DNA from: Chitinophaga pinensis
GTDB taxonomy: Bacteria; Bacteroidota; Bacteroidia; NS11-12g; UBA9320
NCBI GenBank assembly: GCA_945897885.1
Contig: CAMDGU010000005.1
Location: forward strand, 9,105 to 73,104
Length of the DNA stretch: 64,000 nt
Direction of reading: 5' to 3'
The notes under the pieces are model-generated. The model had not been told where the DNA came from and made no database searches. It was given only the letters and a program-made list of their open reading frames with translations. Positions 49,135-59,773 of this stretch are shown one piece after another; within the stretch, counting starts at the first letter, position 1; each line of letters starts with the position of its first letter. The translations under genes were made by a program, and so were the position numbers.

Positions 49135-49639
49135 TTTGGCTGTGAAATTTTACTGTGGATGGAGCTACTCCAAAATTGGCTGGAAGAATAATTTCTGAAA
49201 AGTTACTAATCAAAGCTATTTTTATTATAGCCATATGGTGAATGGCGTGTTCAATATTATAAACTAATTCACGCTCAACGCTAGAGGATATAAATTGGCT
49301 TTCATCTCCATTGTTAAACTTTAAAATAATGGTGTTGGTGCCAGACAAATCAATGGATTGGTTAATGGTATCAATTAAATTACAGGCAAATTCTGAATCT
49401 GTTTCAATAGTTATATTCCTTTTTCGCAAGTCATAATCAATCTCCTTGGCTGTATTTCCTTCAATAAAACATTGATAAAATTCAAGTATATGACGTGTAT
49501 GCTGGCCTATAGTACTGCCTGATAAAAGTTGTAATGGCATTGAATACGACTTATTATCTAATTGCCCTACAACATATTTCAATTCTTCGAGTAAATTTTT
49601 TGATACTTTGGATACAAGCATAGTATGGAATTGTTGCAA
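49121..49639 (-). CDS. DinB/YfiT-like helical-bundle protein (putative metal-dependent)
   Basis: His in the first helix (GQHTRHILEF) and a C-terminal IEHAIHHM pair, as in DinB_2-type proteins; overlaps the NRDE gene by 14 bp. Confidence 0.45.
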   Translation of the reverse strand: MQQFHTMLVSKVSKNLLEELKYVVGQLDNKSYSMPLQLLSGSTIGQHTRHILEFYQCFIEGNTAKEIDYDLRKRNITIETDSEFACNLIDTINQSIDLSGTNTIILKFNNGDESQFISSSVERELVYNIEHAIHHMAIIKIALISNFSEIILPANFGVAPSTVKFHSQNVHS

Positions 49640-49717
49640 ACCTAGATAAAAAATGAATCGTAAACAATTCTAAGGTCCCTATTTTATACCAATTATTATA
49701 GAATTGTAGACTAATCT

Positions 49718-51658
49718 ATGTTTTTGTTATTTTTGTTCAGTACCTTTATGAAATTAAATCTACTTTTTACCTTGCTATTTCTGCCTATTTTGGGCTTTTC
49801 TCAGGATGCAAGCTGGTTTTCTGATATTACACCTGAAACCGGATTGACAGGCCAAAAAATGCAGAAAGCCTATTCTGTTGATGTAAACAATGATGGTTTT
49901 ATTGACCTGATAACCATTACTGGGGTTGATTATTTTAACAATCGAAAACCCATGAAACTATTCATGAATGAAACAGACCCCAAAACAGGTTCAAGAACCT
50001 TTGTAGATAAAACCACTTGGTCAAAAATTAACAGCAATGTAAATGAATCGGATACCGGTCGCCAAACTACCTGTGCAGCTTTTGCTGATGTAGATAATGA
50101 TGGGGATGTAGATATGGTTACAGCCCATTATTTTCATAGGATTGAAAATTATAAAGATGTGGGAGATCGCTGTCAGGTAATGTTGAATAACGGCCAAGGA
50201 CAATTTAGTATTAAACCTAAAAATGGCCTGGATGAATTGGGGTTAACCAATACTCAAGGATTAAGTTTTTTGGATTATAATTTGGACGGAAATATTGATT
50301 TATTTATTGGTAATTGGTTTTCAGATTATACCAATAATAAAATACAGGATGATATTTTAATGAAAGGCAACGGGAATGGAACATTTACCAATGTAACCGG
50401 CTTTACAAATTTGAATAAACCTAACAATGAACCACTTTATGGAAGCAGCGCGGGTGACTGGAATAATGATGGGTGGACTGATATTTTTACAGCCTCCTAT
50501 TGCAGAACAGGTGGAAGCCTTTGGAAAAATACTAAAAATGGAAATTTTGAAAATGTTGCCAAAAGCGTTGGTTACACAAGCCAACTAATGAAAGGCGATA
50601 ATGGACAGGAATTATGCCACTGGGCTGCTATGCCATGTGATTACGATAACGATGGGGATTTTGATTTTTATTTTGCCTTGGTTCATGGAGGTAATGACCC
50701 AAATGAAGGCCGTTCCACAATTGTAAAAAACCAAGGGGCTGATAGTAACTTTATGCTTCGCTGGGTTAGAGATATTACTCCTAGAATAGCCCCTTTTGCC
50801 AGTCATATAGCAACTTATGATGCCAATTGGTATGATTTTGATAATGATGGATTAACGGACCTGTGTTATGCCGATGGAACCTATGCCGGAGGAGGAAACG
50901 GGCGTTTGTTTATGTTTCATCAAAAAGCTGATAATAAATTTACAGATGTAAGTAAGGTTCTTAATTTAACGGCTAATGGCAATAAATACAATACCATGAG
51001 CATTGTTCGCCCAATGGATTATGACAATGATGGTGATGAAGATTTATTGATTTATGGCGGAGGTACTCCAGGAGTTGGGGTTGTTCCTATCTTTTTAAAA
51101 AATAATGCAGGAAATAGTAAAAATCATGTTGTGGTAAATCTTAAACCAGCTAGAGGAACCAATGGAAGTTGCATTGGTGCCAAAGTAGTTGTTTCTTCGG
51201 GAAAACTTATAAAAACGCGCGAAGTATATGCAGGTCAAGGAAATGCTGCCGGTCAGGCTCCTTTTTCATTGGTTTTTGGGTTAGATAATAATTCTTTGAT
51301 TGATTCTATCCTAGTTACTTTTCCTAATAAAAAGCACCGACGAATTGTAAAATATAATGTTGATGTAAATCAAATCTATACGTTTTATGAATACATAAAT
51401 GGTTTGCCTGATGATGCCATAACTGTATATCCAAATCCGGCAAAGAGTGAAGTAAACATTGCTTTTCCAAAATCATTTACTGGTAATTTAAATCTTTCTA
51501 TTTATGATTTAACCGGCAAATTAATCATTAATAAACGTTTCAATATGGAATATAATTATGAAAGTCTTGATATTTCTGCCTTTTCACCAGGCTATTATAT
51601 TGTTCAGTTGCAATCAGAAAATGGCAAAATAAACCGTCAGAAATTGGTGGTGAAATAG
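49718..51658 (+). CDS. FG-GAP/VCBS-repeat protein with ASPIC/UnbV-like region and T9SS type-A C-terminal sorting domain
   Basis: Signal peptide; repeated D.DNDG..D calcium-binding-like loops; C-terminus ITVYPNPAKSEVNIAF...YDLTGKLI...GYYIVQL matches the Por_Secre_tail. Confidence 0.7.
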   Translation: MFLLFLFSTFMKLNLLFTLLFLPILGFSQDASWFSDITPETGLTGQKMQKAYSVDVNNDGFIDLITITGVDYFNNRKPMKLFMNETDPKTGSRTFVDKTTWSKINSNVNESDTGRQTTCAAFADVDNDGDVDMVTAHYFHRIENYKDVGDRCQVMLNNGQGQFSIKPKNGLDELGLTNTQGLSFLDYNLDGNIDLFIGNWFSDYTNNKIQDDILMKGNGNGTFTNVTGFTNLNKPNNEPLYGSSAGDWNNDGWTDIFTASYCRTGGSLWKNTKNGNFENVAKSVGYTSQLMKGDNGQELCHWAAMPCDYDNDGDFDFYFALVHGGNDPNEGRSTIVKNQGADSNFMLRWVRDITPRIAPFASHIATYDANWYDFDNDGLTDLCYADGTYAGGGNGRLFMFHQKADNKFTDVSKVLNLTANGNKYNTMSIVRPMDYDNDGDEDLLIYGGGTPGVGVVPIFLKNNAGNSKNHVVVNLKPARGTNGSCIGAKVVVSSGKLIKTREVYAGQGNAAGQAPFSLVFGLDNNSLIDSILVTFPNKKHRRIVKYNVDVNQIYTFYEYINGLPDDAITVYPNPAKSEVNIAFPKSFTGNLNLSIYDLTGKLIINKRFNMEYNYESLDISAFSPGYYIVQLQSENGKINRQKLVVK

Positions 51659-51669
51659 AACCCTAGGAG

Positions 51670-51743
51670 TTTGTCATGCCGAGGAACGAGGCATCTCTAT
51701 TTCGAACAATTTAAAAAGATCCCTCCTATCGTCGGGATGACAA
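51670..51743. repeat. palindromic intergenic repeat, copy C (full length)
   Basis: tttgtcatgccgaggaacgaggcatctc...agatccctcctatcgtcgggatgacaa. Confidence 0.65.
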
Positions 51744-51783
51744 TTCTCAGCCTGTGTTTGGCGCATTGGTTTGTAATGATGTT

Positions 51784-51838
51784 GTTGTCATGCCGAGAAA
51801 CGAGGCATCTGTTAGAGATTCCTCCTTCGTTGGAATGG
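51784..51838. repeat. palindromic intergenic repeat, copy D (degenerate, in tandem with C)
   Basis: gttgtcatgccgagaaacgaggcatct...gattcctccttcgttggaatggta. Confidence 0.55.
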
Positions 51839-52147
51839 TAAATAGCAAAAAAAGAAAAATTGTTTCTTATTATTTTTATCTTCAAGCTTGTAGTAATATT
51901 TTTATGGAATAAATTTTAACAAAAATCCTAAAAAACTGCAAACAAGCATTCTTAAAATGATTTTTAACGCTACATTTACCCCGCTCGAAACCCTTTAAAA
52001 TAAAGGGTTTTCAAGTTTTTTACCAAGCTATTTTCCTTCTTTTTTCACTATGCCATCAAGGGCTTTACTTTCTATTTTCAAAAAAAATAAAATAAATACT
52101 ACACGAAACACATCCTTAAAAAATTAAAAATCCCAAGGTCATTCTTA

Positions 52148-52486
52148 TGGCAAGTTTGGCAGTTGCAGTTTTCTTTATCAACTCATGCAGTGGTGGTGGC
52201 GATGAAGAACCAACCCCTGGGAGTGAAATATATAGGTAATTTAGGAATTAAAGATACAACAATAGATATTGCACATTATGGTCCTAGAATCGCAGGATTA
52301 AAATATAAATTTAATCCAAAAGGCTCTGGTATAGATAAGGTAGAAACAATTATTAGAAGGTCTTCTCTTTCAACAGCCCCCTATGTTATCGTTGATGATG
52401 GTGATTACACCTTAGAAAAACAGAATGGAAAATGGATATCTACCTTAAAAAAATGGGTTAGGGATGATTATCGTGATGAAACATGA
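52148..52486 (+). pseudogene. frameshifted small lipoprotein gene
   Basis: ATG at 52148 encodes MASLAVAVFFINSC... (signal peptide plus lipobox) and stops after 30 codons; the +1 frame continues open for 107 codons (track ORF 52163..52486, TTG start). Confidence 0.4.
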
Positions 52487-52592
52487 CGCTACACAGGCAT
52501 AGATTAACCGTTAATCTAGCCTTAGAAAAACGCTTAAAAAAATAAAACAAAGCCTCCGGAAGTATTTACAGGGTCTTTTTTTTGATATTCTT

Positions 52593-52656
52593 TTGTCATG
52601 CTGAGGCACGAAGCATCTCAACTGAGAAATAGATTCCTCGTACCTCGGAATGACAA
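52593..52656. repeat. palindromic intergenic repeat, copy E
   Basis: tttgtcatgctgaggcacgaagcatctc...agattcctcgtacctcggaatgacaa. Confidence 0.65.
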
Positions 52657-52681
52657 TTCATAACTCAAGTGTGAAAAAACT

Positions 52682-54310
<1,629 letters not shown>

Positions 54311-54484
54311 TTAATAAAAACCTTAGTGTACGGGATGCGAATGTAAAACAATTTTAGGAGTAAGAAAGGCATGTTATCAAGATTGTATTAACAATGCTTA
54401 ATGATAAATCATTCATGGTAAAATTTTCAATTTAGCTGATACCCTATTTATTAATCACTAACAATTAGTCATTAACCATAAATA

Positions 54485-56548
54485 TCAAATTCTCTCTCTA
54501 TAAGTTTTGATAAACAAAGCTCCCAGATTTTGATGGGGAGGTATATAATCGTTAAATTTTTCGATGGCCTCTCGATTGCCTTTAAATTTGGTTTCAATGG
54601 ATTTCCAAAGGACAGCCCAATCTAAATCTTTACCTAAGCGAATGGTTTCATTCATTTGATAAATAACTTCATTATTTACCAGCATGGTGCCAATTTGTTT
54701 GGATGAAATTATTTGGCTTTCATGACTAATATCCAAAACCTTAATGATATTATTATATCCTCCACAACTGCCCAACACAACAATTCTGGCTTCAGGATTT
54801 AATGATTCAATAGTGGCCCACGCGTAGTAACTATGGCCTCTATGAATCACAATTTCGGGCCAATGATTTTTTTCAATAAAAATGTTCTGAATTTCAGATT
54901 GCCCCTCTCCTTCTTTTTCCGGGCGATTGGCGTAAATAATAATCTGCTTGCCTTTTCTAGGACTTATTTTTACGTAGTTTTCAAATTCCTCTATTCCCCA
55001 CTCAGGCTTTCTGTGGCTAGCTATAAATGATTTGAAACTAGCATCTCCATCTTTATCTTTATAAAACATTAATTGTTCAAAGCAGGTGTCGGATTTAAAT
55101 AAGTGATGCGATGCGACAACAGAAATATTTGGCCGGTTACCAATATTTTTATTGGTCATTATTTCAATTAAAAGCTCATAAAGTTTTGAAGCTTCAAACT
55201 TTCCCTGACTCGTTAAAAGATAAAAATAATTGGAAATTAATTTTTCTAATTGCTTTTTGGTAGCCTCGTCTTTCAAACTTCCATAAGTATCTGCAACGGT
55301 AACAGCATTTTCAGGGTTACCATTTTCAGCCTCCAAACCTTCGCAGAATTTACGAAAAAGTTTATTTTTTTCTTCAAGCGTAAGTTTGGCCAAAAATAAA
55401 TTTAATGTATTGTATCCGGCACACATTTTAATAAATGTTCTGAACTTGAGCCAGTTTTGTTCCTGCAAAAATGTATAGAAAGATTTTGTTTTTACTTTGC
55501 CCTCCATTCGTTTATAAAGCCCAATAAATGTAGAGGTATAAACTTCACTTTCGCCCAATACCATTAGGGTGTAAATTTCATTGGCGTCTAATGATTTTAA
55601 ACAGTCAAATCGAGCTTCATCCGGTTCCTCGTGTAAATCATTAATGACTCGTATATGCTTGAGACACAATACCTGTAATTCTTTTTCGATAGTATATTTT
55701 GCTGCCACTTGATTGCGTCCCATCAATTCAATAAGCCTTTTTATATAAATGGCGGGGTCTGTCGTTATTCTGTCGGCTTCTTTTATCTTAATCTTACCAG
55801 TATGTATATCTTCTAAAAATGAGTAAGCTAAGCTTTTCATCCCAACTTCATCATAGATTTTAACAAAAGTTTCTAACCAAGAATTATTAGATAATTTAAT
55901 GGCTTTGCTAACCGGGTTTTGAGAATACATATAGCCTTTTACCTCGCTTGGAGCATACTTTACAAGTTCAAGTAATATGGTATCAGAATAAGATTGTTCA
56001 GAATATTGCTTGTAATAACTAAGCAACTCTGTTGGTGATGATTTTACCACTTTCAGCAAAAAATCAAGGGTTTCAGGCTTTTTTACGTAAAATGGTAATA
56101 TTTTTAAAGCACTTACAGGATTAACAATCATACTGGGCAGCAATCGGGTAATCTCTGATTCCATCATGCATTTATAAGCCAGATTTATATGAAACTCATA
56201 GTGATTGGTTAGGTCAATATTTTCACGTTCAATATGTTTGATAATTTTTAAAATGATTTCTAGTTTGATGAGTTTGGTTTTGTAATCAGTTTCACCTTTT
56301 TGCACCAAAATAATAAGGTTATTTATATTAAAAAAAAGAGATTGTTGAACCTTATCGGTAAGGTCCTGCTTGCTCAGACGAACTTTATTATCAACCATGC
56401 TATCAAATAAATCAATACGTCGCTGCTCGGTTCTTATTTTGCCAATAATATACATTGCAGCATCTTTGGGTTGCGCAAAGAGATTACAAATGCTCAACAG
56501 TAAAATGCTTAAAAAGCTTATCAATTTTAAGAGAATATTTATTTTCAA
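54485..56548 (-). CDS. hypothetical secreted protein, helical N-terminal region plus a C-terminal domain with a candidate His/Cys catalytic dyad
   Basis: Signal peptide; C-terminal hydrophobic strand plus H (EIVIHRGHSYY), then ~23 aa later hydrophobic strand plus C (IVVLGSCGGY), the topology of caspase-fold (clan CD / CHAT-like) peptidases; inference only. Confidence 0.35.
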   Translation of the reverse strand: MKINILLKLISFLSILLLSICNLFAQPKDAAMYIIGKIRTEQRRIDLFDSMVDNKVRLSKQDLTDKVQQSLFFNINNLIILVQKGETDYKTKLIKLEIILKIIKHIERENIDLTNHYEFHINLAYKCMMESEITRLLPSMIVNPVSALKILPFYVKKPETLDFLLKVVKSSPTELLSYYKQYSEQSYSDTILLELVKYAPSEVKGYMYSQNPVSKAIKLSNNSWLETFVKIYDEVGMKSLAYSFLEDIHTGKIKIKEADRITTDPAIYIKRLIELMGRNQVAAKYTIEKELQVLCLKHIRVINDLHEEPDEARFDCLKSLDANEIYTLMVLGESEVYTSTFIGLYKRMEGKVKTKSFYTFLQEQNWLKFRTFIKMCAGYNTLNLFLAKLTLEEKNKLFRKFCEGLEAENGNPENAVTVADTYGSLKDEATKKQLEKLISNYFYLLTSQGKFEASKLYELLIEIMTNKNIGNRPNISVVASHHLFKSDTCFEQLMFYKDKDGDASFKSFIASHRKPEWGIEEFENYVKISPRKGKQIIIYANRPEKEGEGQSEIQNIFIEKNHWPEIVIHRGHSYYAWATIESLNPEARIVVLGSCGGYNNIIKVLDISHESQIISSKQIGTMLVNNEVIYQMNETIRLGKDLDWAVLWKSIETKFKGNREAIEKFNDYIPPHQNLGALFIKTYRERI

Positions 56549-56610
56549 AGATATGTTCGAGTAAATAGCGTTAATATTAAGTTTATCTGTTTAATCAATT
56601 CGTATGCAAA

Positions 56611-57150
56611 TTATTTGCTTTTAATCAATTCCCAAAAAGCAATTCCGCAACTTACAGCCACATTAAATGAATGTTTGGTGCCAAATTGTGGTATTTCTAA
56701 AATCTCATCACATAATGCCAAAGCTTTATCGCTAATGCCTTCCACTTCGTTACCTACAATTATTGCTACAGGTTTTGATTGCGGGTCAAAATTACGAATA
56801 TCTATGCTTTTGTCTGTTTGTTCCAGTCCAGCAATGATGTAGTTCTCACTTTTTAAGGTATTGATAAGTGTTTCAATATCCTCATGATATTCCCAATCAA
56901 TACTGTTCTCAGCACCTAATGAAGTTTTATAAATATCTCGATGTGGTGGACTTCCTGTAATTCCGCACAAATAAATTTGGCCAATTCCCAAGCAATCACA
57001 CGTTCTAAAAATAGACCCCACGTTGTTCATACTTCGCACATCATCAAGCAATACCACCAATTGCTTTTTATCTTGACTTTTAAAATCATCAATTGATAGG
57101 CGATTTAGTTCTATATTCTTTAATTTGCGGACTCTTAAATCCATACTCAT
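56611..57150 (-). CDS. SpoU/TrmH-family RNA 2'-O-methyltransferase
   Basis: VVLLDDVRSMNNVGSIFRTCDCLG and a C-terminal SPOUT knot region; start moved to the internal Met. Confidence 0.75.
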   Translation of the reverse strand: MSMDLRVRKLKNIELNRLSIDDFKSQDKKQLVVLLDDVRSMNNVGSIFRTCDCLGIGQIYLCGITGSPPHRDIYKTSLGAENSIDWEYHEDIETLINTLKSENYIIAGLEQTDKSIDIRNFDPQSKPVAIIVGNEVEGISDKALALCDEILEIPQFGTKHSFNVAVSCGIAFWELIKSK

Positions 57151-57187
57151 TTTGTGTGCAAAAATAGCTGATAATGAAACACCGTTG

Positions 57188-59752
57188 ATGAAACAATACA
57201 ACGAAGTAAAACAAAAGTATCCTGGTGCTTTGGTTTTATTTCGTGTTGGAGATTTTTATGAAACTTTCGGCGAAGATGCCAAAAAATCGTCTCAAATTTT
57301 AGGAATTACCTTAACAAAACGAGGAAATGGCAAGGCCAATGAAGTTGAACTAGCCGGTTTTCCACACCATTCATTGGATGTATATCTTCCTCGATTGGTT
57401 AGAGCAGGACAACGAGTTGCTATCTGCGATCAATTAGAAGACCCAAAACTTACCAAAACAATTGTAAAACGTGGGGTTACTGAATTGGTAACTCCAGGTG
57501 TAAGCATTAATGATAAAATTCTAGAATCGCGACAAAACAATTATTTAGCCGCTTTATTTCCCGGGAAAGAAAAATTTGGTGTTTCGTTTATTGATATATC
57601 AACCGGAGAGTTTTTAACCGCTGAAGGAGATGCGGATTATATTATTAAATTGTTTCAAAATCTGAAACCCTCTGAAGTTATTTATCCCAAATCGTTTCGT
57701 TCTAAATTTGAAAATCAGTTTGGGGATTTTTATACCTACATCTTAGATGACTGGATTTTTGAACAAACCTTTGCGGAAGAAAAACTCCTTTCCCATTTTA
57801 AAACAGCTACTCTTAAAGGATTTGGAATAGATGAATTGGTTTTAGGGATAACTGCGGCAGGTGCCATTATTCATTATTTAAATCAAAACCAACATACCAA
57901 TTTAAGCCATGTCAGCACCATTTCAAGATTGGATAGAGACGAACATGTTTGGTTGGATCAATTTACAGCACGAAATTTAGAGTTAATTTACAGCAATCAC
58001 CCGCAAGGAAAATCACTCTTAGAAATATTAGATAATACCCAAACTCCAATGGGTGCCCGATTGCTTCGCAAATGGCTTGTTATGCCGCTTAAAGATAAGT
58101 TTAGGATAAAACAACGATTGGATACAGTTGATTTTGGGGTAACCCATTCTGAATTTACCAAAGATGTGAGTCATAAACTTACCAGAATCGGCGATTTGGA
58201 ACGCTTAATCACGAAGGTTTCTTTGCTTCGAATAAACCCAAGAGAAATAATTGCATTGGGAAGAGCACTAGAAATAGTAGCCCAAGTGAAGGAACTTTGC
58301 AAAATAACCCAGCATGAGGAATTGATGAGTTTAGCTGATAAACTGAATCCCTGTGAAGTATTATTGAATAAAATAAAATCGGTTATAAATCCTGAGCCAC
58401 CTATGCTAACTAACAAGGGTGATATTTTTAAAGAAGGATTTAATCAAGAACTTGATGAATTGCGAAGCATCGCTTTTTCAGGAAAGGATTACCTTTTAAA
58501 TATTCAAAAACGGGAAGTAGAACGAACAGGAATCACAAACCTTAAGATTTCTTACAACAACGTGTTTGGGTATTTTTTGGAAGTAACAAACAGTCATAAA
58601 GATAAAGTACCGGCTGAATGGATTCGCAAACAAACCCTTACCGGTGCAGAACGTTACATTACTCAAGAGCTTAAGGAATACGAAGACAAAATACTCACAG
58701 CCGAAGATAAAATTTATGCTATCGAGGCTAATTTGTATAAGGATTTTGTTGAGTTTACTGCCGGATTTTTTAATCCAGTGCATATCAATTCTCAAGTTAT
58801 CGCCCAATTGGATTGTCTACTTAATTTTTCAGAATTGGCTCTTAAAAATAACTATTGCAAACCGGAGATTAATGATTCAACCTCTTTGACCATAAAAGAT
58901 TGCCGCCACCCAGTTATTGAAAAACAATTGCCTTTGGGGGATGAATATATACCCAATGACATTCATTTAGATAGAGAAGCTAATCAGGTTATCATTCTTA
59001 CAGGGCCCAATATGTCTGGTAAATCTGCTATTCTTAGACAAACAGCTTTATCTGTTTTATTGGCTCAAATGGGAAGTTTTGTGCCGGCTAAATATGCTGA
59101 GATTGGTATCGTAGATAAGATTTATACCCGTGTGGGGGCTTCTGATAATATTAGTCAGGGTGAAAGTACCTTTATGGTGGAAATGATAGAAACAGCCAGT
59201 ATTCTTAATAATTTGAGCGAACGAAGCTTGGTTATTTTAGATGAAATTGGTCGTGGTACCAGTACATTTGATGGGGTTTCCTTAGCCTGGGCTATTGCAG
59301 AGTATTTGAATCAACATCCTACGAAACCTAAGACCTTTTTTGCTACCCATTACCATGAATTAAATGAGCTGGAAGGTAAAAATGAAGGGGTCGTTAATTA
59401 CCATATCAGCACCAAGGAAACCAATACCAAAGTCATCTTTTTGCGCAAGCTAACAAAAGGTGGCAGCGAACACAGTTTTGGTATTCATGTGGCTAAAATG
59501 GCTGGGATACCAACAAAAGTGGTAAGCCGTGCTGCAAAAATATTAAGTAATTTGGAGAAAGACCGAGCCATGGCAAGCAGCAAGGAAGTTACAAAAAAAT
59601 TGGATAAACACGATTACCAATTGAACTTGTTTCAATACAACGACCCAAAATTGGTGAAATTGTCAGAGGAACTTCAAAAATTGGATACCAACATCCTTTC
59701 GCCGATTGAAGCGTTATTAAAATTGAATGAGTTGAAAAATATAATGAATTAA
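57188..59752 (+). CDS. mutS: DNA mismatch repair protein MutS
   Basis: N-terminal mismatch-binding motif (LMKQY...GDFYETF), Walker A GPNMSGKS, Walker B (SLVILDEIGRGTSTFDG); start moved to the Met at 57188. Confidence 0.95.
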   Translation: MKQYNEVKQKYPGALVLFRVGDFYETFGEDAKKSSQILGITLTKRGNGKANEVELAGFPHHSLDVYLPRLVRAGQRVAICDQLEDPKLTKTIVKRGVTELVTPGVSINDKILESRQNNYLAALFPGKEKFGVSFIDISTGEFLTAEGDADYIIKLFQNLKPSEVIYPKSFRSKFENQFGDFYTYILDDWIFEQTFAEEKLLSHFKTATLKGFGIDELVLGITAAGAIIHYLNQNQHTNLSHVSTISRLDRDEHVWLDQFTARNLELIYSNHPQGKSLLEILDNTQTPMGARLLRKWLVMPLKDKFRIKQRLDTVDFGVTHSEFTKDVSHKLTRIGDLERLITKVSLLRINPREIIALGRALEIVAQVKELCKITQHEELMSLADKLNPCEVLLNKIKSVINPEPPMLTNKGDIFKEGFNQELDELRSIAFSGKDYLLNIQKREVERTGITNLKISYNNVFGYFLEVTNSHKDKVPAEWIRKQTLTGAERYITQELKEYEDKILTAEDKIYAIEANLYKDFVEFTAGFFNPVHINSQVIAQLDCLLNFSELALKNNYCKPEINDSTSLTIKDCRHPVIEKQLPLGDEYIPNDIHLDREANQVIILTGPNMSGKSAILRQTALSVLLAQMGSFVPAKYAEIGIVDKIYTRVGASDNISQGESTFMVEMIETASILNNLSERSLVILDEIGRGTSTFDGVSLAWAIAEYLNQHPTKPKTFFATHYHELNELEGKNEGVVNYHISTKETNTKVIFLRKLTKGGSEHSFGIHVAKMAGIPTKVVSRAAKILSNLEKDRAMASSKEVTKKLDKHDYQLNLFQYNDPKLVKLSEELQKLDTNILSPIEALLKLNELKNIMN

Positions 59753-59773
59753 TTAGTTCCCAATAAAAATCAC

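Noticed and set aside
52163-52486. 107-aa TTG-start ORF taken as an intact gene
   Set aside because: A lipoprotein signal peptide with ATG start sits 15 bp upstream in the adjacent frame and terminates after 30 codons. The locus fits a frameshifted gene better than a TTG-initiated protein.
57150-57188. Apparent overlap of the divergent mutS and SpoU methyltransferase ORFs in the track
   Set aside because: Both track ORFs are over-extended at the 5' end. Using the internal Met codons that precede the conserved N-terminal motifs leaves a 38-bp divergent intergenic gap.
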